Below, in pieces: positions 1 through 10,057 of a DNA stretch of 64,000 nt; position 1 is the first letter of the stretch, and the number at the start of each line of letters is the position of its first letter. The stretch covers positions 1 through 64,000 of the IMG/VR virus record IMGVR_UViG_3300025000_000007; one strand, written 5' to 3'. This DNA is from a virus. Under the pieces are notes generated by a model that was not told the DNA's origin, made no database searches, and saw only the letters and a program-made list of their open reading frames with translations. A program made the translations under genes and the position numbers.

Positions 1-1022
1 GGGCATAAGCCCGAATGGAGATACAAAGATGAAAACAATCGAAGAAGTAAGAGAAATGACAAATGAACAGATCCTCGTTGAAATGAGGAAAATTGCTGGA
101 AATCAGATATCAAACAACTATAATGAAAACAAAGAAGCAGCAATGTACTTTGCTGTGATGTGTCAGAGAACCGGAAAAGACCCGAAGCCTAAAATCAAAG
201 CAATGGGATACGGGATATATGAAGAAGCTGAAACTGAAGGGTGGTTTTAAGGAGTGATAACCAACGCAAGACATTAACACAATCCTCCTTAAAAAATCAA
301 ACTCCCTCAAAGAATCCGCGAGAGAAAACAGTGCGAGAAGAACTATCCCAAAATGGTCAAATGGAATATTAATTGAGGTGAGAAAATGACTTACAGAATA
401 AAACTAAAATCAAGAGTAAAAGAACTCAAGGAGAAGCGTAACAAATGATAGACTATACTCAATTATCTAACTCAGAATTCAGCATCATAGTAAAAAGTGT
501 ATTCATCCTAGCTCAAATACCAGATTGTCCGCTATCCGCTGAAGAACTGGCCGAATTACAAAATATTAAGGGGGATATATGGGCTGAAATGGCTAAAAGA
601 GGACAGGGGATAAAATGAAACCTCTAAAATACATAGCAGCTCTCACATGGATTACTATCTTCCTGGGAGCTGCGTTTCTAGGATAGATTATAAAGAGGGA
701 CGAATGACACCTGATCAAATCCAACTAACAACAAATTCTCTCTTCCTTGTGACAGTGGTGTTTATTTTAGTTCATTTGGGATGTAGGATTTTAAAAAAGG
801 GATGCGGAGGAGAGATGATTTTAAAGGGGGTGAAAACATAGGAGATTTCAGAGACTTCATATCATTCATGAAAATATATTTTATCGTGTGGATATTTATT
901 ATGGGATACCTAACTTATAAAATGATACTAAATATAATAACTTAAAATCAGATAACTTTAAAACATACTTCAAAATAAGGACAGTAGGTGTATTAGACCT
1001 ACTACCGCAGGAAACGGAGGCT

Positions 1023-3554
1023 TCATAAAGCCCCAATTGGCCCGCAGACCATTTCTTCACCTGTCTTTTCATTGTCAAATGAACATTCAAATAATCCCTC
1101 AATCCAATTTACAAAGTCTTTTCCTCTTTTAGTTGTGTATTCTTCGCTTACTGCACTTGAAATTAAGTTATAATCGTCTGATGAGCACACAAAGCGGAAA
1201 TCATCATAACCGAGTAACCGCCCCTTCTTTTCAATAAGTTGTTCTTCTGTGTGTGAACGTCCCATTTCATATTCGATTGCATACATTTTACCGTTAATTT
1301 CAAAGGTTAAATCAGCCCCTTGATTGTGGTCAGATGAACATTTAATCCCCTTTGATACTAGATAGCTCTCCATCTGGACAACGCAGACAAAATGCTCAAC
1401 AGTCATTTTACCTAGACCTTCCATATTCATTTGATTCCCGCTTATTGCCCCAGGTCTGTGCCACATAGTACAAGTTCCGCGTCCTGTAACTGAGGGCAGC
1501 CTGATAGCTTTTACCCACCCTTCCGATGCAAGATAAGAATCATTCCCTTCTACCCAATCTTTGAGAATCACGCCATGATGGGAAACCAGATGTTCATACT
1601 CTGGAAGTATCGAATTTTGAGTAAAACCGATAATCGGAGATGGTCTTTCTTTTTTATATCTTCCTTTGATTATTTCTGTTTCTTGCTCAGTTGCTTCAAA
1701 TCTGATAGGTATTTCTTCCCGCCGACTAGAGATTAAAAGTAGTCCTTCGCCCTGTTCACATTGGAGCAAATTCTCCACTGCCGTTTTAGAAAGTCCAAAA
1801 TACTCTCTAATGGGTCCTACTTTAGCTTCATCAAGTGTAGCACCCATGACAATTCCCATTGACATATTAGTCTTGAACTCTTCATCTACGTTATTCTTTA
1901 CAAGGTCACCGGGGTTCTGAGTCATTAGCCAGAGCGTCATCCCCTGCGCTCCACCCATAGCAACCGTATCAAGAAGGAAGTTACTTAAGTGTGAGCTCCT
2001 GAAAAAGACTCTGGCTTCATCTACAGCCATTATGGTTTCTTTCTCTAGATCAGTTCTAAAACGTCCTCCTACTATGCCAGTAACAAGAACATTCATAGCA
2101 GGCTTTATCTCTTCGTCTACACCTGAAATATCAATTACAATATAGTCCTTTGAGAAGTCTATATTATTTCCTCTCTTGTTCAGGTAGCAAAGGGAACCAT
2201 CTTCTCCGATTGGTGAAGTTTTCCTGTATAATGCTCCTGCGCTCTTCCTGGTTTCACTTGTATTGCTATCGTTCTCCATATCCTGTCTAAATAATTCTCT
2301 GAGATCTGAAAGGACCGGAAAATCTTTTTTCCATGTTTCCGGCTTGGTTCTTATTATTCCCTTCTGCTTGTAGAGTTTATGAAGTGTATCTTCAAGATAG
2401 CCTTTTGCCGCGCTTGAAAACTCTCCTTCCATCCAGACAGCAAAGAAGTTTTTCAAGGTTCTAATATGCTTGAAATATGCTGACGAATATGCAGCCGGTG
2501 AGTTTCCCATAGTTTGAGGGTCAAAGATGATCTGTAGAGGGTTTATAGACTGTCCGAATTCTCCGATGTCAATAACCGTTGCCCCGTCTCCGTAGTATTC
2601 AGCTACAGCCCTGTAATCAGTCCTTGAGTCTGCCTTTGGAGTAATATAGACAATCCTCTTTCCTAGCATGTCATGAGCACGCATTAAAAGCATAGATACG
2701 GTAAACGTTTTTCCTGACCTAGTTGGACCGAAAACCACCATATGCTGAGATGCCAGGGATGCCAGGTCTATTATTACCTCGGCATTGGTTTTCTTATCTT
2801 TCCCGAAGTAAAGCCCCTGTTCATCAATGCGAGAATTCAAAGAGGTTGATGTACAAAGAATTGCGGCTGTATCAGAATGTACCCGAATCCAGAATCTTTC
2901 GTCAGATGCTGGATAAGGTCTTGAAGCTATGAAAGCGGCTTTCATCATATCGTAAGGGATTGTATATTCTATAAGTTCAGATTGTAGGATTCCTAATATA
3001 TAAGATTCAGCCTGATATACTTCAGTTTCACCGCCCATTATCGTTATTATGAAAGAAGCATTGTAAACATTTTGAGAGTTATAGTATATTTCGTTGAAAG
3101 TTGCTCTGATATCAGTAGCTTCATTCTCAAGCTGGATATCCCCTATAGAGCCTTTCGTGTACTTCTTAGCGGTTTCCTGATCCATAGAATTGCTAATATA
3201 TGCCTTCTTCAATAGTTCGCTTGTCTCAGCCCTTGGGATCTTGATTAATCCAGTACAGATGTCTATCTTACAACCTACAAAGGAAAGCTCCTGTATGCGC
3301 TCTATCGCTCTGCTAGTCATACCCGGAGGAATCCCGTTAACGTCGTCTTCTTCTGATAGTCCTCCAACTATGCACCTCACATAAGTATGTTCATCAATGC
3401 GCAGGTGTGTATCATATTCTTCAAAGCGGTCAGGGGATATTAATCTTGAGAGGTCTTCCTCTTCTTCTTTATCGAGTATGTACTCCTCTGCTCTCATATT
3501 AAAGAGCCTTAGCCCCCTGCAGTAATCTTTCATGTATATTATAGGATTAATCAT
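1023..3554 (-). CDS. virB4: VirB4/TraC-like (HerA/FtsK superfamily) transfer ATPase with C-terminal PD-(D/E)XK-like domain
   Basis: Walker A GPTRSGKT preceded by HMVVFG, INPL motif, Walker B MAVDEAR, LMTQNPGDL and GEGLL motifs. The C-terminus has H...GADL...AIEYE. Confidence 0.85.
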   Translation of the reverse strand: MINPIIYMKDYCRGLRLFNMRAEEYILDKEEEEDLSRLISPDRFEEYDTHLRIDEHTYVRCIVGGLSEEDDVNGIPPGMTSRAIERIQELSFVGCKIDICTGLIKIPRAETSELLKKAYISNSMDQETAKKYTKGSIGDIQLENEATDIRATFNEIYYNSQNVYNASFIITIMGGETEVYQAESYILGILQSELIEYTIPYDMMKAAFIASRPYPASDERFWIRVHSDTAAILCTSTSLNSRIDEQGLYFGKDKKTNAEVIIDLASLASQHMVVFGPTRSGKTFTVSMLLMRAHDMLGKRIVYITPKADSRTDYRAVAEYYGDGATVIDIGEFGQSINPLQIIFDPQTMGNSPAAYSSAYFKHIRTLKNFFAVWMEGEFSSAAKGYLEDTLHKLYKQKGIIRTKPETWKKDFPVLSDLRELFRQDMENDSNTSETRKSAGALYRKTSPIGEDGSLCYLNKRGNNIDFSKDYIVIDISGVDEEIKPAMNVLVTGIVGGRFRTDLEKETIMAVDEARVFFRSSHLSNFLLDTVAMGGAQGMTLWLMTQNPGDLVKNNVDEEFKTNMSMGIVMGATLDEAKVGPIREYFGLSKTAVENLLQCEQGEGLLLISSRREEIPIRFEATEQETEIIKGRYKKERPSPIIGFTQNSILPEYEHLVSHHGVILKDWVEGNDSYLASEGWVKAIRLPSVTGRGTCTMWHRPGAISGNQMNMEGLGKMTVEHFVCVVQMESYLVSKGIKCSSDHNQGADLTFEINGKMYAIEYEMGRSHTEEQLIEKKGRLLGYDDFRFVCSSDDYNLISSAVSEEYTTKRGKDFVNWIEGLFECSFDNEKTGEEMVCGPIGAL

Positions 3555-4402
3555 AATATCGCCCTCTCGCTTGATATCTCTCTATAAAACTTCTTAATTT
3601 CCTTTGCGTCTTCCATTTGTCTAGGTTTTAGATTCGCTCTTTTCATGTTCAGTAAGAGTCCATCGAGAACCGCCCCCATTGCGATTTCTGCTGATTGAAC
3701 TGTGTCATGTTTTCCTAATCCAACGAACGCATAATAGCGATACATCATAATGTGGGTTTTATCACCCATGACTTTCTGAAGGATGCCATTGAGATGTTCA
3801 GCCCTTTCCTTGCTTCCTGCCTTGTTTGCTACTTTCATAATGTACTCGATTATTGCTTTTCTAGGGTTGACTTTACTAACAGCGTGGATCTTGAATATCC
3901 TTCCAGCGTGTAGCCCATCAACAAGACCTTTCATAACAAGTGAGTGCCCCTCTCTTTCATCTTCTGTGATTCTCTTAGGGTTAAGTGCAATAACTACCGC
4001 AAATTCATTACCAGTGAACTCTAAAAGCCCCTTTTGGTGTATTTTCCTAAGTGGATAAACTGTACTTAAGAACGAAACACCAGCAGTAAGTTTATTTTTT
4101 ACATGTGCTCCTGTCCGTTCTCCTATCCAGAAGTTTATTTTAGTCCACAATCTTTCCGCTTTTTTAGGGTTCACTCCGATGTATTTTAGCCAGATGCCTC
4201 CGAGAATAAGCAATCCTATAAAACATGTAAACTGTATCCGACTATCAGTATATTCTCTCATTACTGCAAGCAGGCGAGAGCTTAAGAATCCAAATATAAA
4301 AGTAAACCGGAACCAAGCAGAACGCGGGTTTGAATATGCGCTTTCCCTGTGATCTTTTATTACATTCGGTTTTCTAGGCTGCGTATATGGAGTTTCTGCC
4401 AT
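3551..4402 (-). CDS. Membrane protein of the transfer module (VirB3/PrgI/TcpE-like position)
   Basis: Two N-terminal hydrophobic helices followed by a soluble domain; stop overlaps the VirB4 start. Confidence 0.5.
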   Translation of the reverse strand: MAETPYTQPRKPNVIKDHRESAYSNPRSAWFRFTFIFGFLSSRLLAVMREYTDSRIQFTCFIGLLILGGIWLKYIGVNPKKAERLWTKINFWIGERTGAHVKNKLTAGVSFLSTVYPLRKIHQKGLLEFTGNEFAVVIALNPKRITEDEREGHSLVMKGLVDGLHAGRIFKIHAVSKVNPRKAIIEYIMKVANKAGSKERAEHLNGILQKVMGDKTHIMMYRYYAFVGLGKHDTVQSAEIAMGAVLDGLLLNMKRANLKPRQMEDAKEIKKFYREISSERAIL

Positions 4403-4403
4403 G

Positions 4404-5345
4404 TTATACCCTCCTCAGTACTGCTAATTTACCTGTTTTCGTGATGGTTCCAAGTCCCCAATTACTAAACATCCATTTGTAATTTATATATGCGATTAAT
4501 AGAAACATTACAATGTAACCGCCTGCCCCATCTTCCCATCCTACCCATTTTATACAGATCAGGCAACCACATGCAATAAATAGACTGACAATCTGTAGAG
4601 ATACTATCTTGTGGTACTTGTTCCAAATCCAGGTTATTTCCTCATGCCAGAATCCTGAGAAATACCATACACCTAGAATCCTTGAAGCCGCGTAGACTAT
4701 AACAATAATCCAGGGTCTTATTATGAAAAATACAGCTACCCCTAGGTCAACGATACTCATAAAAAAGTACATCCAAGCGTTATCTAGGGAAGGCTCGATA
4801 TAATCAAGTACATTCATCATAGCGTACTGAGAGATTACAGTACACAAATCAAGTGTTGCGAGCACATAATACGGAGTGAAATATGCTACAATGCACATCA
4901 CAGACCCCCAGACAAATCTCTCTTCCGAAAGATCCCGCTCTCCGAGAACTTTTGAATATGCCTGGTAATTAGTTTTTGCTATTGTTGTAGCCGATGCCAT
5001 CCCAAAAATAAAAATAACTACCAGAATACCCCACGTATAATATGTGTTCTTCTCGAATTTTGCAATTTCGGGGATGTTCTGTGGCTCCGGGTTCATTGTC
5101 ATGAATTTTACGAGCGATGCTCTTGTAGCTCCGTATTCTGAACTTATGTTTTCATCTAATCCTGGAGCATACATCCCATCTATCCATATTGAATTTATAG
5201 CATCAGCCGCGGATCGGAGGATCATTTCCCAACCCTTTAAAAACATATTTGCCCCTGCTTCTTCTGGTCCGGGTCCCTCTGCGGCATGCACTGGAGCCGC
5301 CAAAAGAAATATTAAAAACATGCTAAAAATCATTATATTTTTCAT
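4404..5345 (-). CDS. Polytopic membrane protein, VirB6/CedA-like
   Basis: Signal peptide MKNIMIFSMFLIFLLAAPVHA (start moved from 5417 to ATG 5345), about 6 TM segments, in operon with VirB4. Confidence 0.6.
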   Translation of the reverse strand: MKNIMIFSMFLIFLLAAPVHAAEGPGPEEAGANMFLKGWEMILRSAADAINSIWIDGMYAPGLDENISSEYGATRASLVKFMTMNPEPQNIPEIAKFEKNTYYTWGILVVIFIFGMASATTIAKTNYQAYSKVLGERDLSEERFVWGSVMCIVAYFTPYYVLATLDLCTVISQYAMMNVLDYIEPSLDNAWMYFFMSIVDLGVAVFFIIRPWIIVIVYAASRILGVWYFSGFWHEEITWIWNKYHKIVSLQIVSLFIACGCLICIKWVGWEDGAGGYIVMFLLIAYINYKWMFSNWGLGTITKTGKLAVLRRV

Positions 5346-5389
5346 AAAAAAACAGCTCCTAAAAAAATCAATATATCCAGGATGTAGTA

Positions 5390-5737
5390 TTACATCCCGA
5401 ATTTTCCAGAAAACCAAACAAACAGATTGTAGAGGACATATGCTCCAATGCCAATCCAGAATACACTTATAGCGTGATTCTTAGAATTAGATGCCTGTTG
5501 ACTGTGCCCCCTCCTAGCTTCGATTGCACTCCACGCAGAAAAACCGAATATCCCTCCGATGATTATAAGCTGAAACAGAGAGTAAATATTCGGGATTGTC
5601 AATTCGGCATATGGCTGTATGGAAGCGTCTAAACCGTTTATTACTTTATCTGCGAATCCATCCCCTGGCGCTGCAAGTGCATTACCTGCTGACATCAAAA
5701 CCGAGCCAGCCCCTAGTACAATTTTTCTAAAGTTCAT
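5390..5737 (-). CDS. Pilin-like protein (VirB2/CedA1-like)
   Basis: Cleavable-looking leader ending ALA-A, then two hydrophobic helices with a short basic loop; first gene of the operon. Start set at ATG 5737. Confidence 0.55.
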   Translation of the reverse strand: MNFRKIVLGAGSVLMSAGNALAAPGDGFADKVINGLDASIQPYAELTIPNIYSLFQLIIIGGIFGFSAWSAIEARRGHSQQASNSKNHAISVFWIGIGAYVLYNLFVWFSGKFGM

Positions 5738-5781
5738 TATATCACAGTTGAATATTCTTTTTTGGTATATACTAAGCATTG

Positions 5782-5835
5782 CATGTATATATATGTTATG
5801 TTAGCGCATGGTATTGCAAAACATATATATACATG
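5782..5835. promoter_or_regulatory. Divergent promoter formed by a perfect 16-bp inverted repeat
   Basis: CATGTATATATATGTT (5782-5797) and AACATATATATACATG (5820-5835) lie between the transfer operon and a divergent AbrB-like gene; each arm contains a TATA element. Confidence 0.75.
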
Positions 5836-5879
5836 ATTGTTTAATATTGGTATCAGGAAAATTATAGAGTGATTCGATA

Positions 5880-6074
5880 ATGACTATACACAAATTAAAA
5901 GTAAGAATGAATATCAATGAGGATAGAGGCTCAGGTACTATTTATCTTTCAAAAGAACTCGTACAAAAAATAGTGCCACCTGGAACAGTAAAAACATCAG
6001 GTATAAGAGAAAAAGCAGACTTGATTGCATACTATGACGATGAGAAAGACGAAATATTAATAAAAGAGCCATAA
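5880..6074 (+). CDS. AbrB/SpoVT-like small DNA-binding protein
   Basis: 64 aa with GSGTIYLSKELV...DEILIK pattern. Confidence 0.55.
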   Translation: MTIHKLKVRMNINEDRGSGTIYLSKELVQKIVPPGTVKTSGIREKADLIAYYDDEKDEILIKEP

Positions 6075-6090
6075 TGAAGAGGATATCGAT

Positions 6091-6384
6091 TTGTATACAA
6101 AAATTGGAATAATACTATTATTAGCTCTTTTAACCTCTGGCTGTTTAGCCGATGCATTGACACAGGAAACTTATGTAGATCCGGATAATGAAAATAATAC
6201 TTTAATCTTGTTTGTGGATGGTAGTTACAGATGGCATCAAACAAATTATGATAAATCTGGAGAATGGTACGAAGAAGAAGAAATAATATATCTCAATATC
6301 GATTCTTTTTTTGGTGATCAAAAATTAATAAAAAAAGGAAGTTCTGTTTTTTGGTCAAATGGTGCTGAATGGGTAAAAAATTAA
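6091..6384 (+). CDS. Small lipoprotein (possible entry-exclusion protein)
   Basis: Hydrophobic leader with lipobox LTSGC; adjacent to the transfer operon. Confidence 0.6.
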   Translation: MYTKIGIILLLALLTSGCLADALTQETYVDPDNENNTLILFVDGSYRWHQTNYDKSGEWYEEEEIIYLNIDSFFGDQKLIKKGSSVFWSNGAEWVKN

Positions 6385-6393
6385 ACCTTTTTT

Positions 6394-9300
6394 TTAAATG
6401 AATTTACCCACTACCATATAAAGAACTTTTAATATTGCCCTTCCGTATATTCCTATTATCACGATAAAACTGAGTAGGGGATAACTCAATATCTTTAAAC
6501 TGTCGTCTTCTATTACTTCATACTCAAATTCTTCAATCTCGAAGGAATCATACGGGGTAACCACGGTAACATTTAATTTTCCAATATCGAATGGCTCTTC
6601 TATGCGTACTCCTCTCGGATTCTGTGTTATTTGCTTTCCTGAGATGGACCACGAATCTATTGTTTCATATCGAGTACTCTTAAATCCATTTTGTGCTGTA
6701 CCGATGTAACCTAAGAGCCTGCGTTCAGTGCATTCAGATTCATTATAGGATGTATCAACTCTTACTATTCCGTCTATCTCGGGTGTATACACAATAGCAT
6801 GGGACCCATTATAATGAGTTACATACACTTTTGGAGGCTCGAACACAGGGAATATATCAGGCGTATCATATTTTTTTACAAATTCTACGGTTTCGCTTTT
6901 TTCCTTGTAGTAAGGGATCTTCACGGATTGCCCTAACACATTATAAGTTTTGTACGCTTTTACTTCGTACTTTGTTTTTACGGTTAGTTTTACGGTTAGT
7001 TTTCCATCATTTGAGGTAAGTTTTGTACTTGTTTTCTGGCTCACTGGTCTTTTTGCCAGATTCTCAGTTCCAAATAGGACTATCGCGCATTTATCCGGGC
7101 TTTCTGGAATGTATGTTTTATTCCCTATGCGTATTTGCCCACTGTATCCTGTGATATCTATCCATGCGTCTGTATAACGTCCTTTATGTGCCCATTCTTT
7201 CTGAGGCGCAAGCGTTCCCTGCTCAAGATATGCACCGTCTGAGAACTCCATATCAAGTACATCAAATATTGAATCAAACACTTCCTCACTATCCTCAATA
7301 CTAGGAGGATTCTCATATGAAATATCCTTCGATATCCCTTGAGTCTCTAACTCATCGGCATCCACAAATTCATTATCATGAATATACACGTTTTCAGTTC
7401 CATCATGCAGCCAGATTGCCTTAAGCCCAGGATCAGAAAACGTATTAAATCGAACTTCTATATCTTGAGTTTTCCAATCAGGCTTCCTTGCATCATAACC
7501 TTTTGAAATGCCTGCATCCCCTATTTGAAGCCCGTTTTCCCCATTTTTATGTGCTCCGTAACTGTCGCCACCATACGAAAAGAATAAATTATTCTCAATC
7601 AGACAGTTTTTGCAGTTATCAAGTCTCGCACAATCCGAGGTTATTCCAGCTATTTTATTATCCTGGAGAACTCCATTTTTCACACACGAGAGGTAGATCC
7701 CTTCATGCTGACAATTTGAAATTATATTATCATAACAGGAAACTCCATCAGCATACCTAATATAAATCCCATCTGAGAAGGAATTATACAATTTCATATC
7801 GTGAATTTCTATATTTCCACCTAAATTATTAGATGATCCCGCAAGAATAATCAATTTCTCGCAGTTGTGCTCTTTTCCTGCGCCATCATTCGCCCATTTT
7901 GAGTCAAAAGCTCCGCAGTTTCCATCTATTGAAAACCCGCAAATCTCGATATCGTGTGGAACTATTGTCTTGTTATCGATGTCTTTAGCAGGGCATCCTA
8001 CAACAGGAATCCCCTCTCTGAACCACCAGGAAGATTCTGAATCAACTCTTACGATAGTTTCAGGTGATCCTATCATGGATGTTCCAGGATAAATCCAGAT
8101 GGTCCCATCTACTACATAGAGTCCGTCAAGATAGACAGTTCCTCCGGTTTTAGAAGCTTCCAGGAGAGCATCGTTAATCTGTTCCTGATCCCTCTTTCCA
8201 TCACAATCTGTAACATAAATATAATTTTCAGGATCTTTTTGGATGTTATCTTTTTTAGCAGGTTCTGGAATTACAATATTATCCAAATCGACTACAATAT
8301 CAGTCTTGCCTTTCGCGCTATCATCCAAAACATTATCAAGAGACACATGAGAATCCAAATCAAGCCTATCAAATGTGTTTTCAACTATCCGTACTTTCCC
8401 GCCAGAATGGCCATTGCCTGAAATCTCGATATCGGATTTCCCGATGTCAGAAAATACATTATCTGTAATTTCTATGTTTTCATCGTCCTGATTGCACAGG
8501 ACATATACCCCGTACCCTGAAATATCAGAAAACTCATTTTTCCTGATTACAATATTATCATATGCTACCTGCTCTTTGTCTGCATCTCCGAAATATACCC
8601 CAGACCTACCACCTTTTTGAATATTATTTTCAATAAGAAGAGTAGTTCCCTTCGCGTACCATGTCCCTCTATATGTAAAAACAGAATCTCCTTCAATATA
8701 ATTATCTCTGACTATGTGTACACCATTATCTGTACTGCCTCGGTTTGCTACAGCCCCATAACCACCGTATATTTTATTATTTGCAAACAGAGAGGTTAAA
8801 GTGCCATCCCCAAACGCATAAAATCCATTACCCGGATGAATCTCATTATTTGTGACTACATAATCAAGGGCTACATTATGAGCGTCTACAACGTTTGCAC
8901 CTGCGATAGTTGCCCCGACCATGTAATTATTTTTTATAATTACACCCCTCACAAGAGTACTTCTTTCATCTGTATTTCCGGTTACGGCATGTCTGCAATT
9001 CTCGATATGGTTATTTTCTACGAGAGCATACGCAGTCCCTGACCATATTCCTACCCCATACCCGGACCCTGGCTTGAGACAGTCATAAATTTCATTGTTT
9101 GAGGCTTCCACATTAAACGAAGAATAAAATGAGATTGCGGACATTCCAGAGTCTTTGAACCAGCAGTCTTTAACTGAGCTATCAATGCAGTATCTTATAG
9201 ATAGTGCCTCATTTGGTGTTGTTTTCCCGCTATCCTGGAATCTAATATTTGAAACGTGAATTTCAATTGGGCGTCTAATCTCATATCTTGGGGAATCAGA

Positions 9301-9831
9301 TAAACCATAGTCTCTCAGGAGAGGTTCATTCAGTGTTACAGTGTTGCCTGATACGCTTTCTATTTTGTAGAGTTCTCCTGTTAGTTGAGGCCCCGTTTCA
9401 TCATCTTTTCCGTAGTCCAGAGGACACCAATATACTTGTTTCCAGATCTTGATCAGGTCATTCTTTTTAACCTGTGAAGCGTCGCTTAATGTAATTTGAG
9501 TATCGCCTTTTTTTGAGGATGTTGGCAGTTTACCTTCTGTTATTTCCGAGCCTTCAAAATATAAACCATTATGAGATCCCGATCCTGTATTTAGATGGAT
9601 GGTAACTGTTCCTTCTCCCTTTAGAGTCAGGCTTTTATCTTTCTGGTAGACCCGGCTTGTAATGTAATAATCCCCTGATGGGATGATTATAGTATCCCCG
9701 TTAGATGCGCTATCTAATGCTTTTTGGATGTCTGTGCCTGTAGTTCCTGATACTGTTATTTCAGCAGCCGTACAGAGATTAATTGAATATAATAAAAGTA
9801 GTAAGATTAATACAACTTTTTTCACATGCAT
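6394..9831 (-). CDS. Secreted, C-terminally anchored protein with two parallel beta-helix domains (pectin-lyase fold, disaggregatase-like)
   Basis: Signal peptide, PbH1-type repeats and a C-terminal TM helix. Domain 1 aligns by eye with the tail spike 48578-50797; domain 2 aligns with 40519-41946. Confidence 0.8.
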   Translation of the reverse strand: MHVKKVVLILLLLLYSINLCTAAEITVSGTTGTDIQKALDSASNGDTIIIPSGDYYITSRVYQKDKSLTLKGEGTVTIHLNTGSGSHNGLYFEGSEITEGKLPTSSKKGDTQITLSDASQVKKNDLIKIWKQVYWCPLDYGKDDETGPQLTGELYKIESVSGNTVTLNEPLLRDYGLSDSPRYEIRRPIEIHVSNIRFQDSGKTTPNEALSIRYCIDSSVKDCWFKDSGMSAISFYSSFNVEASNNEIYDCLKPGSGYGVGIWSGTAYALVENNHIENCRHAVTGNTDERSTLVRGVIIKNNYMVGATIAGANVVDAHNVALDYVVTNNEIHPGNGFYAFGDGTLTSLFANNKIYGGYGAVANRGSTDNGVHIVRDNYIEGDSVFTYRGTWYAKGTTLLIENNIQKGGRSGVYFGDADKEQVAYDNIVIRKNEFSDISGYGVYVLCNQDDENIEITDNVFSDIGKSDIEISGNGHSGGKVRIVENTFDRLDLDSHVSLDNVLDDSAKGKTDIVVDLDNIVIPEPAKKDNIQKDPENYIYVTDCDGKRDQEQINDALLEASKTGGTVYLDGLYVVDGTIWIYPGTSMIGSPETIVRVDSESSWWFREGIPVVGCPAKDIDNKTIVPHDIEICGFSIDGNCGAFDSKWANDGAGKEHNCEKLIILAGSSNNLGGNIEIHDMKLYNSFSDGIYIRYADGVSCYDNIISNCQHEGIYLSCVKNGVLQDNKIAGITSDCARLDNCKNCLIENNLFFSYGGDSYGAHKNGENGLQIGDAGISKGYDARKPDWKTQDIEVRFNTFSDPGLKAIWLHDGTENVYIHDNEFVDADELETQGISKDISYENPPSIEDSEEVFDSIFDVLDMEFSDGAYLEQGTLAPQKEWAHKGRYTDAWIDITGYSGQIRIGNKTYIPESPDKCAIVLFGTENLAKRPVSQKTSTKLTSNDGKLTVKLTVKTKYEVKAYKTYNVLGQSVKIPYYKEKSETVEFVKKYDTPDIFPVFEPPKVYVTHYNGSHAIVYTPEIDGIVRVDTSYNESECTERRLLGYIGTAQNGFKSTRYETIDSWSISGKQITQNPRGVRIEEPFDIGKLNVTVVTPYDSFEIEEFEYEVIEDDSLKILSYPLLSFIVIIGIYGRAILKVLYMVVGKFI

Positions 9832-9886
9832 GAACAGTATAATATCATCAAAAGATATAAATATTTTGCCGGCATATTTACAGGCA

Positions 9887-10057
9887 ATGAAGCGTAAATA
9901 TTGGATTACAAAAACAGGAAGGGTAATCTTGCCGTTGCCCGCTCCTATCCGTGAAGAACTAGAAGATAAAGGAGTTGAGTTTAAGGATAATGGAACGGCT
10001 GATTATAGGATCTCTGGAAAGAAGGTAGTAATTGAATTTGAACAAAAAGAGGATTAA
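9887..10057 (+). CDS. AbrB-like small regulator
   Basis: MKRKYWITKTGRVILPLPAPIREEL...KKVVIEF; start at ATG 9887, after a TATA element. Confidence 0.55.
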   Translation: MKRKYWITKTGRVILPLPAPIREELEDKGVEFKDNGTADYRISGKKVVIEFEQKED

